A stretch of 64,000 nt of DNA from Collinsella aerofaciens (GTDB lineage: Bacteria; Actinomycetota; Coriobacteriia; Coriobacteriales; Coriobacteriaceae): assembly GCA_008668795.1 (NCBI GenBank), contig RQBM01000202.1, positions 6,810 through 70,809 on the forward strand, given 5' to 3'. This document shows positions 39,244-47,854 of this stretch, in pieces. The translations under genes and the position numbers were made by a program. Numbering within the stretch: position 1 is the first letter of the stretch; each line of letters begins with the position of its first letter. The notes beneath the pieces were generated by a model. It was not told where the DNA came from. It was given only the letters and a program-made list of their open reading frames with translations, and did no database searches.

Positions 39244-39258
39244 CAATGTTGCGCAACA
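39244..39258. promoter_or_regulatory. candidate operator CAATGTTGCGCAACA
   Basis: palindrome TGTTGCGCAACA; same 15-mer at 55458-55472. Confidence 0.45.
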
Positions 39259-39323
39259 GAATTCAAAAAGCGACAGCTACCGTTTGAAGCGTATGGATAC
39301 ATCCGTGTCAAAGGGAGAAAGCC

Positions 39324-42300
39324 ATGGCAAACTACAGTCCACAACACTTTGAGCCTCGGGCTAAGGCCGTCAACGTCAAGGGCGTTGCCAACCGCGCCGT
39401 CGCAACCGTTTTGACGGCGGGCCTCATCGCTCAGCCGCTCATGTCGCCGCTGGCGGCAATCGCCGCACCGTCAACCGATAACGGCGATTCTGTTCAGGGG
39501 GGGGGTAGTTCTGTAGAGAATACCGTTGCCGCCGGTAACCAAGCGGTCGTAAAGACGGCTGCCCAGCTGGCCGAGGAGTCGGCAAAGCAGCTCAAGGACG
39601 CTCAGGCCGCCTACGATGCCGCCCAGAAGAAGGCCGACGCGGGGGGCCAGTCTCAAAAGCAGGCACAGCAGCAAAAGAATCAGGCCTCGCAGGCTGTGAG
39701 CGACAACGAAATCGAGCAGAACGCAGCAGAAGTCGCCGCGCTCCAGGAGAAGATTGACGAGCTCAAAGCCGCCGTCGAAAAGACCGAGCTGCAGCAGAAG
39801 AAGCTGGGCGACCTGAACGATCAGCTCGAACAGGCCAACAAGAGTGTCGAGGATAAGACCCAGGCGCTCAAGGACGCCAAGGCAAAGCAGGATGAGGCCA
39901 AGAAGGCCCTCGATGATGCCCAGGCCAAGCTCGAGGCCATGGGTATGGACGAGTACGAGGCCGCCAAGAAGGCTGTCGAGGACGCACAGGCAAAGCTCGA
40001 TGACGCCAATAAGGCCGTTGCTACTGCACAGGCCAATCTGGACCAGGCCAAGGCTGACGAGGCCAGCGCCCAGCAGGAAAAGCAGAATACCGAGGCAGCT
40101 TTGACGACTGCCCAGGCCAAGAAGCAGGAGACTGCCGCTGCTCTCGCAGCCGCAACCACCGCGCGCGATAACGCCCAGCAGAAGTTCAACCAGGCGCAGG
40201 CCGCGCTCGATGCTGCCGTCTCGGGTACGGGTGTTGACCTGAGTGCGCTTGAGGCCGCCATGAACGCTGCTGCTGGTGAGCTCAAGACCGCGCAGGCGGA
40301 GCTCAATGCCGCGACGGATGCCGACGCTACCGCCCAGGCGAACCTGCAGGCGGCCCAGAATACCGCCACCGCCGCGCAGGAGAAGGCCAACGCCGCCAAC
40401 GCTGCCGTGGCATCTGCCCAGTCTGCATACGATGCGGTAAACAAGGAGTACAAGGACGCGGCCAGTAAGCGTGACGCCGCCAAGGCCGCATACGAGAAGG
40501 CGCAGCAGACCGAAGCAGACAAGAAGACCGCGTACGATAAGCTTGTCGAAGTTCGCAAGCAGAAGCGCAGCGAGTGGGAGGCAGCCTGCGCCGCTTCGAA
40601 CGCCGCGGAAAAGGCTTATGACGCTGCTAATGCCCAGGTTGAGGCTCTTGAGCAGCAGATTGCAGACCTAAAGTCCAACATGACCGTTGACCAGGAAGTC
40701 ATCAGTCAGGGTATGTTCGGCTTCATGAACTACATCATCGGCGGCAGCCAGTTCACAGCCACGCAGAAAAAGAACGCCCAGGATGCCGTATCGATGCTGA
40801 CCGGTGCCGCTGACAAGGCCGAATGGTATGACCAGTACGTCGATCAGGACATGTCGCACGACACCAACCCGCTTTCCTTGGAGCAGATGCGCAACGCCTT
40901 GACATATCTCGACACCCAGAACAACCTCCGCAAGGCGAACGGTCAGTCGGCGCTCAGCGTCAGCCTCCGCATGACTGCGGCAGCCGCCCTTAATGTGTCA
41001 TATTCATCGAACATCTGGAGACACTCGGGCTGCTACTGGGATAACGGTGAAAATCTTGCTGGCGGTGGCGGTGCATATACCGGCGGCGAGACTGAGGATA
41101 CCCTCGGCTGGCCCTACACTGGTCTCTACACTCAGGAGAAGGTTAATTACGAGAATTGGATTAAAAAGTACGGTGCGGATAGCGAGGCTGGCAAAGATCT
41201 CATAGCTCATCGCTATGATTCGTACTATATCTACCAAAACTATAACGATGTGTATTCCGGTACAAAAGATGAGAACGGTAAGGAAAGAGGAGACGGCTGC
41301 GGGCACTATCTCAACATTATCGATTCCGCTACGGCGGCTATCGGTATCGCAACCGGTAGCGGAAAGAACACCGATTCCGAGGTAACCGCATTCGATTACA
41401 GCGATGATGACACTCAGGCCGATTTCACGGTCTCTGAGTTCAAGAAGCTCGTCAACGACTACATCGATTCTGCCTATAACGCTGGCGGCACGCAGGCGCA
41501 GAAGGCGCAGCTCAAGGAGCTTCAGGGCAAGCTCGCCGAGGCGCAGAAGAACTTTGGAACTACTAGGGAAGCTTACTTCGCAGCTGTAAACGGGCAGGAT
41601 ACCGCCCAGGACGCTTTCACCGCAGCAGATGTGAACATGAACACCGCCAAGGGTGAGTACGAGAAGGCTAAGTCCGACACCGCCGCCGCGAAGACGGCAT
41701 ACGACGCCGCGAAGGACGCACTCGGCGGAATCGACATCGAGTCCCTCAAGCAGAACCTCGACGCCGCCAAGGGCGAGGCCGCTACTGCCCAGGCAGCTTT
41801 CGATAAGGCAAACGCCACGCTTGCTGACAGCAAGACGAAGGCAGCCGAGGCCGCTGCTCACAAGGCGAAGGCTCGCAGCGCCCGTGATGCCGCCAAGGCA
41901 AAGTCCGAACAGGCCAACGAGGCGTATGACAACGCTACCGCTTCGGTCAAGGACCTTGCCGCCAAGCGCGATGCCGCCCAGGCGGACCTTGCGAATAAGC
42001 AGGGCTCGCTTGACGAGGCAAAGAAGGCCGACGATGCCGCCCAGGCCGGTGTAGACAAGGCCCAGGCCGCAGATGTCCAGGCCGCGACTGCTCTTTCGGA
42101 CGCCAAGCAGGCGGTTGCCGCCAAGGCGCAGGCTGTGTCCGATGCGCAGGCCAAGGTCAAGGCTGCCGAGGGTGAGCTGGCTACCGCGAACAAGGCCTTC
42201 GAGCGCTTCGCTGGAGCCCAAAAAGCGGTCGACGACGCCAAGGTCGCCTATGACGCCGCCGTCGCCGGCGTCGCCGATGCCCAGAAGCAGCTCGAGGCCG

Positions 42301-42833
42301 CCAACGAAGCCGTCGTCGATGCGAACTTCGAGATCGTCAAGGCCAAGGCCGAGCTTGCCAGCGACGAGGCACTCAAGGCCGATCTTGAGGTTGTCGACCA
42401 CAAGGCCTCTCTTGCCGCGGGCACGACGGGTAACGAGAAGCTGGTCAAGCTGAACGCTGCCTACGCTCGCTATAAGGCTGCCGTCGATGCCGCCGCTGGT
42501 CTCAAGGCTGCTCTGAGCGATGCCGATGCCAAGCTGTCCGATGCCAACGACGCCTATGCCGCCGCGCTTGCCGAGTTTGACGATGCCAAGGATGCCCTGG
42601 CTGCCGCGCAGGCCGAGTACGACAAGTATCATCCCAAGGCCGAGCCGCAGGCTAAGCCTCAGGTTACGCAGGCTGCTGCAAAGGCCCCTGCCGCTAAGAA
42701 GAAGGCGGCGTCGGGCGCGCTTGCCCAGACCGGCGACAACTCCGCGCTTGCGGGCGAGGTGTTCGTCATCGGCGGCATTACGCTCGTTGCCGCGGGCGTG
42801 ACGCTGAGCGATCGTCGTCGCAAGCAGATGTAG
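39324..42833 (+). CDS. sortase-anchored coiled-coil surface protein with central CAP/SCP-like domain
   Basis: signal peptide, long Ala/Lys/Gln heptads, NNLRKANG..L..S, GENLA, GHYLNII; LAQTGD + TM + RRRK tail. Confidence 0.88.
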   Translation: MANYSPQHFEPRAKAVNVKGVANRAVATVLTAGLIAQPLMSPLAAIAAPSTDNGDSVQGGGSSVENTVAAGNQAVVKTAAQLAEESAKQLKDAQAAYDAAQKKADAGGQSQKQAQQQKNQASQAVSDNEIEQNAAEVAALQEKIDELKAAVEKTELQQKKLGDLNDQLEQANKSVEDKTQALKDAKAKQDEAKKALDDAQAKLEAMGMDEYEAAKKAVEDAQAKLDDANKAVATAQANLDQAKADEASAQQEKQNTEAALTTAQAKKQETAAALAAATTARDNAQQKFNQAQAALDAAVSGTGVDLSALEAAMNAAAGELKTAQAELNAATDADATAQANLQAAQNTATAAQEKANAANAAVASAQSAYDAVNKEYKDAASKRDAAKAAYEKAQQTEADKKTAYDKLVEVRKQKRSEWEAACAASNAAEKAYDAANAQVEALEQQIADLKSNMTVDQEVISQGMFGFMNYIIGGSQFTATQKKNAQDAVSMLTGAADKAEWYDQYVDQDMSHDTNPLSLEQMRNALTYLDTQNNLRKANGQSALSVSLRMTAAAALNVSYSSNIWRHSGCYWDNGENLAGGGGAYTGGETEDTLGWPYTGLYTQEKVNYENWIKKYGADSEAGKDLIAHRYDSYYIYQNYNDVYSGTKDENGKERGDGCGHYLNIIDSATAAIGIATGSGKNTDSEVTAFDYSDDDTQADFTVSEFKKLVNDYIDSAYNAGGTQAQKAQLKELQGKLAEAQKNFGTTREAYFAAVNGQDTAQDAFTAADVNMNTAKGEYEKAKSDTAAAKTAYDAAKDALGGIDIESLKQNLDAAKGEAATAQAAFDKANATLADSKTKAAEAAAHKAKARSARDAAKAKSEQANEAYDNATASVKDLAAKRDAAQADLANKQGSLDEAKKADDAAQAGVDKAQAADVQAATALSDAKQAVAAKAQAVSDAQAKVKAAEGELATANKAFERFAGAQKAVDDAKVAYDAAVAGVADAQKQLEAANEAVVDANFEIVKAKAELASDEALKADLEVVDHKASLAAGTTGNEKLVKLNAAYARYKAAVDAAAGLKAALSDADAKLSDANDAYAAALAEFDDAKDALAAAQAEYDKYHPKAEPQAKPQVTQAAAKAPAAKKKAASGALAQTGDNSALAGEVFVIGGITLVAAGVTLSDRRRKQM

Positions 42834-42900
42834 CGTATTGAGCGCTGGCCTCGCGACGAATTGCGGTATGTCGCGAGGCCGACTCGATAACTCAACCGAT

Positions 42901-42942
42901 AAGGCCGGCGCGCTGTTAAACGCAGCGCGCCGGCCTTTCTTT
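42901..42942 (+). terminator. intrinsic terminator
   Basis: aaggccggcgcgctg...cagcgcgccggcctttcttt. Confidence 0.85.
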
Positions 42943-43034
42943 GTTTCGATATCAAAAAGCCCGGTCAGCAGTCGTGAAAGCTACCGGCCGGGCAAGCCGT
43001 AGGCAATATGGTTGCTGTCGAGCAGCTGCTCAGC

Positions 43035-44738
43035 TTAGCCCAGCAGGCTTAAGCCCACGGAGACAAACGCCAGGATAACGCCGACGATGGACTCGCCGCC
43101 GAGCAGGCCGCTGGCGACAACCAGGCCCTGTTCCTGGAAGGCGGCGTCCTTGGCAGCCCTCTCCTCGTCAGAAAGACCAGCGGTGGCGTCGCGGTGGGCG
43201 GACCACTTGTCGTAGGCGAGCTTGACGCAGGAGCCCAGGAATGCCGTGAGTGACATGTAGAACGGCAGGTACACGCCCAGGCCGATCATCATGGCCGGAA
43301 TGCCGAGCCAGTACATGACGATGCCGGCGATAAAGCCGCCAACGAACCACGGCACGCTCGGGATGCCCGAGACCATGGTGGCGACGACGCTTGCCTGCGC
43401 GGCAACAAAGCTCTTGTCGGGGCCAAAGGCGTCCGGGCCATAGGCGGTGACGAGCGCGACCATGACGGCTGCGGCGACCAGGGCGCCCACGATGCCGCCG
43501 ATGGCCTGGCCGATCCACTGCGCACGCGGGTTGGTGCCCAGCACGGCGCCGGCCTTAAAGTCGTTCATGACGTCGCCCGCAAGGCCGCACGCCACGGCAA
43601 CGATGCCGGCGATAAAGAACAGCTTGACCTGAGCGATCTGGGCGCAGGCTGCCACGATGAGCATGACGATGAGGCCAAAGATCTCCATGGGGTCGATGCC
43701 CGTCTGGCCGCAGCTCTGTGCGCTCATGATGGTGGTGACAAAGGTGAACAGCGTCACGATGACGGCCGGGACGGGACCAAGGTCGAGCACGATGGCGACG
43801 ATCACGGCGATGGCGGCGGCGCCCAGGCCGATGATGCCGGCGTCGAGCTTAAGGGAGCCCGAGATGAGCGACTGCTCGTCGGTGTCGGTGGAGCTGTCGG
43901 CGGCAAGACCGCGGACGATACCGGCGACCTGCGGCAGGATGTCCTTGAGGACGACGGCGACGCCAAAGCCCATCATGAGGCCCATGCCCAGGGACTTGAC
44001 GATGCCCTGTGCAGTCACAACGTCGAACAGGCCGGCAGCGGTGCCGCCGACAATGATGCCAAAGTTGCCCAACAGGGCGCCGGCAAACCAGAAAGCGACC
44101 GGGGCGAAGCCCACGAGGAAGCCGACGGAGAGCAGCATGGGCGAGTTGTAGATGCCAAAGGTCACGCCGGGGATGTTGAGCGTGCATAGCATGCTGGGCA
44201 CCACGCCCAGGGCGTCGCGCAGCACGCTATAGATGCCGGCGATGGCCATGGAACCAAAGAGCTGCTTGCCGGTTTTGCCGCCAGCCTCGGTCGCGCGCAG
44301 GGTCTGAGCTGCGGCGTTGCCGGTGGGGAACTCAAGCGCGGCGTCTACGATAAAGTGACGGTGGATGAGCGCGGTGGCCAGCAGGCCCAGGATGGTGCCG
44401 GCGAGCGCCACGATAAACATGTCAAGCCAGCTGATCTGGTCGGCATAGCCCAGCATCCAGGCGCCCGGGATGGTAAACGCCAGGCCGCCGGCGACCATGG
44501 CGCCTGCGGACATGATGGTGTGGGTGACGTTGGCCTCGTTGAGGCTGGCGTTGCCCATGAGCTTAAGGAAGAACAGCGAGATGACGGCAGCGAAGACGAT
44601 CGGCCAGGGGAGTGCGCCCATCTTGAGGGCGGTGTAGGCCGAGCTTGCCGTGATGATTACGCAGCCAAGGACGCCGATGACGACGCCACGCAGCGTGAGT
44701 TGCCCGCGCATCGAAGCACGGTTCGAGGGATTGCTCAT
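43035..44738 (-). CDS. OPT/YSL family oligopeptide transporter
   Basis: QLTLRG, LEFPTGNAAA, AGDVMNDFKAG, ASGLLGGESIVG; polytopic. Confidence 0.9.
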   Translation of the reverse strand: MSNPSNRASMRGQLTLRGVVIGVLGCVIITASSAYTALKMGALPWPIVFAAVISLFFLKLMGNASLNEANVTHTIMSAGAMVAGGLAFTIPGAWMLGYADQISWLDMFIVALAGTILGLLATALIHRHFIVDAALEFPTGNAAAQTLRATEAGGKTGKQLFGSMAIAGIYSVLRDALGVVPSMLCTLNIPGVTFGIYNSPMLLSVGFLVGFAPVAFWFAGALLGNFGIIVGGTAAGLFDVVTAQGIVKSLGMGLMMGFGVAVVLKDILPQVAGIVRGLAADSSTDTDEQSLISGSLKLDAGIIGLGAAAIAVIVAIVLDLGPVPAVIVTLFTFVTTIMSAQSCGQTGIDPMEIFGLIVMLIVAACAQIAQVKLFFIAGIVAVACGLAGDVMNDFKAGAVLGTNPRAQWIGQAIGGIVGALVAAAVMVALVTAYGPDAFGPDKSFVAAQASVVATMVSGIPSVPWFVGGFIAGIVMYWLGIPAMMIGLGVYLPFYMSLTAFLGSCVKLAYDKWSAHRDATAGLSDEERAAKDAAFQEQGLVVASGLLGGESIVGVILAFVSVGLSLLG

Positions 44739-44930
44739 ATAAAACTCCTTTGCGTATATCCGCTTCCCCCGGGAGCGCCGCTACGGATACGGCGCGGGAA
44801 GTCGGGTTACCAAGGGCCGCCGCGTGAGCTCGCAAACGACCGCGCACCAGTATAGCCGTAAGCTAGTCATTTTGGGATGACTGGTTTAGGTAGGCGATAT
44901 ACTGCTGGGCAGACGAAAGGAGCGCTGACG

Positions 44931-45782
44931 ATGCTTAATGGGTGCGCATATATATTGACGGTCGACGTGGGCAACACGTTCATTCGCTTTGGCCTGTTTG
45001 CCGAGGATTCGGCCGCGGCGCAGGAGTGCCCGCTTGCGACGTGCGAGATCACGACGCCGTCGAGCATTACGGCAGACGAGGCGCGCATGAGGCTCGCGCA
45101 GGTCATGGCCGCGCTGGCAGCCGATGCGGGCATGCCGGGTGCACTCGTTCCCGCGGCTGCCGTGCTGAGCTGCGTGGTGCCGGCGCTCGAGCGCCCGTGG
45201 AAGACGGCGCTTTCCCGCACCTGCACGGGACGCGTGCTCACCGTGGGGCCGGGCCTCAAGACCGGCATGCCCGTACACTACGACGATCCGGCCGAGATCG
45301 GCCCCGACCGCATCGCCGATGCCGTGGCGGCACGCGCCGTCTACGGCTCTCCCTGTATCGTGATCGACCTGGGCACTACGACCAATATCGAGGTGATCGA
45401 CGCGCGCGGTACCTTTGTGGGCGGCGTCATCGCGCCGGGTTTGGCGCTCGGCGCCCGCTCGCTCTCGGCCGCTGCAGCGCGCTTGCCGCAGGTTGAGCCT
45501 TCGGCGCCAACGCACGTCATCGGCCGCAACACGCGCGAGGCGATGCGCTCAGGCGTGGTCTTGGGCGAGGTGGCCCGCATCGACGGCATGCTCGACATGG
45601 TGCTCGCCGAGATGCGCGCGACCAAGGCCGCGGGGGAGGGCGACGTGCCCATCGTCATTACCGGCGACGATGCCGAGGCACTTGCGTCGCTGGTCGGTCA
45701 CAGTCTGGCGGTCGACGACGCGCTGACGTTGCGAGGGCTGGCCGAGCTCTACCGCATCAACCAAAAGCCCCACCGCGTGTAA
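44931..45782 (+). CDS. coaX: type III pantothenate kinase
   Basis: VDVGNT, SCVVP, EIGPDRIAD, IDLGTTT, GGVIAPG, ITGDDA, LTLRGL. Confidence 0.92.
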   Translation: MLNGCAYILTVDVGNTFIRFGLFAEDSAAAQECPLATCEITTPSSITADEARMRLAQVMAALAADAGMPGALVPAAAVLSCVVPALERPWKTALSRTCTGRVLTVGPGLKTGMPVHYDDPAEIGPDRIADAVAARAVYGSPCIVIDLGTTTNIEVIDARGTFVGGVIAPGLALGARSLSAAAARLPQVEPSAPTHVIGRNTREAMRSGVVLGEVARIDGMLDMVLAEMRATKAAGEGDVPIVITGDDAEALASLVGHSLAVDDALTLRGLAELYRINQKPHRV

Positions 45783-45866
45783 AAGCGAGGGCGCCGGTGG
45801 GACAAACGCCTCCACCTTTCACCTGCTACAATGGGTCAAACTATTGCGATTACGGAGGTGTCTGCC

Positions 45867-46391
45867 ATGTCGGACGATCTTCATCAAACTTCGTCAGGCA
45901 AGCGCCTGGACGTCATTAGCTGGGACGAGTTCTTTATGAGCGTGGCCATCGCCGCGCAGCGCCGCAGCAAGGACCCCAACACGCAGGTGGGTGCGTGCAT
46001 CGCCAGCACCAACCACCGCATCCTTTCGGTGGGCTACAACGGTACACCCTCGGCGCTCAACGACGACTTTTTTCCGTGGGGTACGAGCGACGACCCGCTG
46101 CAGGACAAGCACAACTACGTGGTCCATGCCGAGGCCAACGCCGTGCTCAACTACCGTGGCTCGCTCAAGGACCTCGAGGGTTCCACGGTCTACGTCACGC
46201 TGTTCCCGTGCCACGACTGCGCCAAGATTTTGGCTCAGGTGGGCGTGGGCGAGGTCGTCTACCTGGACAACAAGTACGCCGACACCGATGACGGCCGTAT
46301 CAGCCGCCGCATTCTCGACTCCTGTGGCATCAGCTACCGCCAGGTTATCGTCGATGTTCACATCGGCACCGAGGGGCAGGCTCAGCAGTAG
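45867..46391 (+). CDS. dCMP deaminase (ComEB-like)
   Basis: SKDPNTQVGA, GYNG, HAEANA, FPCHDC. Confidence 0.93.
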   Translation: MSDDLHQTSSGKRLDVISWDEFFMSVAIAAQRRSKDPNTQVGACIASTNHRILSVGYNGTPSALNDDFFPWGTSDDPLQDKHNYVVHAEANAVLNYRGSLKDLEGSTVYVTLFPCHDCAKILAQVGVGEVVYLDNKYADTDDGRISRRILDSCGISYRQVIVDVHIGTEGQAQQ

Positions 46392-46419
46392 CGCGTGGCA
46401 ACGCCAGCTGGCGGCAAAA

Positions 46420-46450
46420 CAGCCGAAAGAGACCCGTCCCAAATTGACTG
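46420..46450 (-). repeat. GGGACG-core palindrome (family variant)
   Basis: minus strand cagtcaatttGGGACGggtctctttcggctg. Confidence 0.4.
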
Positions 46451-46561
46451 CTCGTGAAAGTCGTGTCCGCACGCATGGCTGGCGCCTAAGCGGGTACATG
46501 GCTGTAGTAACATAGCCCCTGTCCGCGGGCGTGCCCGCGTTATTGTGAGAAAGGAGCCCCT

Positions 46562-46840
46562 GTGGCTGTTAACGAAGAGCTGCTTAAGAAGGTTCTTGAA
46601 GAGATTCGCCCCAACCTGCAGGCCGATGGCGGCGATATGGAGTATGTGGGCGTCGACGACGAGGGTGTCGTCAAACTGGAGCTGCAGGGCGCTTGCGCCG
46701 GCTGCCCCATGAGCTCGCTGACCCTGTCCATGGGTATTGAGCGCATCCTGAAGGAGCATGTGCCCGGCGTTACCCGTGTCGAGCAGGTCAATGCCTCCGG
46801 CGAGACCGACGACCTGTACGACGAGTACGCGCCGTTTTAA
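46562..46840 (+). CDS. NifU-like C-terminal domain protein
   Basis: IRPNLQADGGD, LQGACAGCPMS..TL..GIE. Confidence 0.92.
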   Translation: MAVNEELLKKVLEEIRPNLQADGGDMEYVGVDDEGVVKLELQGACAGCPMSSLTLSMGIERILKEHVPGVTRVEQVNASGETDDLYDEYAPF

Positions 46841-46949
46841 GATGCGAAAGCTGCGGACGGCATACTCCGCATAGACGTTACGCCCAAATATGCGGCTGCG
46901 AGCGCAAGGCCCGCGGCCGCATTTGTATGTAGGGAGCAGGGGGATCGAT

Positions 46950-47771
46950 ATGCTCAACGACCTCTACCATATGCTTGATCCCGTCGCGATCTCGGCGGGC
47001 CCCATCACCATCTACTGGTACGGCCTGGCCTACGTGGTCGGCGCTCTGCTCACGGCGGTCGTCATGTACCGCACACAGCGTCGCTGGGGCTTTAACATCA
47101 CGATTGACGACCTGACGAGTGTCGTGGTCGGCGTGGTCTTTGGCCTCATTATCGGTGCGCGCCTGTTCTACGTCGTCTTTTACGGTGATGGCTACTACTG
47201 GGCGCACCCGCTCGAGATCTTTGCCACCAACGAGGGCGGCATGAGCTTCCATGGCGGCTTGGTGGGCGGCATTATCGGCGGCATCATCGTGTGCCGCATG
47301 TATAAGCTCGATGCCTGGACTTTGGCAGACCTTGCCGTCATAGGCGCGCCGCTGGCCTTGTGCCTGGGCCGTTGTGCCAACTTTGTCAATGGTGAGCTGT
47401 GGGGCAAGCCGACCGATCTACCCTGGGGTGTGGTCTTCGGTGGCACCGCGGGGGATATGCCGCGTCACCCCTCCCAGCTCTATGAGGCATTTCTTGAGGG
47501 CATCGTGCTCTTTTGCATTTTGCAGGTGCTTAGCCGAAAAAAGCCGCTGCTGCCCCAGGGCACGTTTATGGGCGTCTTTGTGATGGGTTACGGCATCGTT
47601 CGCTTCCTCATTGAGTTTGTGCGCGTGCCCGATGCCCAGCTGGGCTATCTGCTGGGCGGCGTCATCACGATGGGTCAGCTGCTGAGTCTTCCGCTCGTAA
47701 TCGCGGGCCTGGCGCTCATCATCTTTGCTCGTCGCCGCAACCAGCCCCAGCGCGTCTACCTGGACGCCTAA
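46950..47771 (+). CDS. lgt: prolipoprotein diacylglyceryl transferase
   Basis: WYGLAY, GARLFYV, GGMSFHGG, GRCANFVNGELWG, RHPSQLYE, RFLIEFVR. Confidence 0.96.
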   Translation: MLNDLYHMLDPVAISAGPITIYWYGLAYVVGALLTAVVMYRTQRRWGFNITIDDLTSVVVGVVFGLIIGARLFYVVFYGDGYYWAHPLEIFATNEGGMSFHGGLVGGIIGGIIVCRMYKLDAWTLADLAVIGAPLALCLGRCANFVNGELWGKPTDLPWGVVFGGTAGDMPRHPSQLYEAFLEGIVLFCILQVLSRKKPLLPQGTFMGVFVMGYGIVRFLIEFVRVPDAQLGYLLGGVITMGQLLSLPLVIAGLALIIFARRRNQPQRVYLDA

Positions 47772-47776
47772 CCACC

Positions 47777-47817
47777 AAAACCACCACAAAGGGGACAGGC
47801 ACCTTTGTGGTGGTTTT
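47777..47817 (+). repeat. GGGACAG palindromic repeat, subfamily B
   Basis: aaaaccaccacaaaggggacaggcacctttgtggtggtttt. Confidence 0.9.
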
Positions 47818-47854
47818 GCCGAGTTTGATAGGTTTCTAGAAAGGCTTTCGGACT

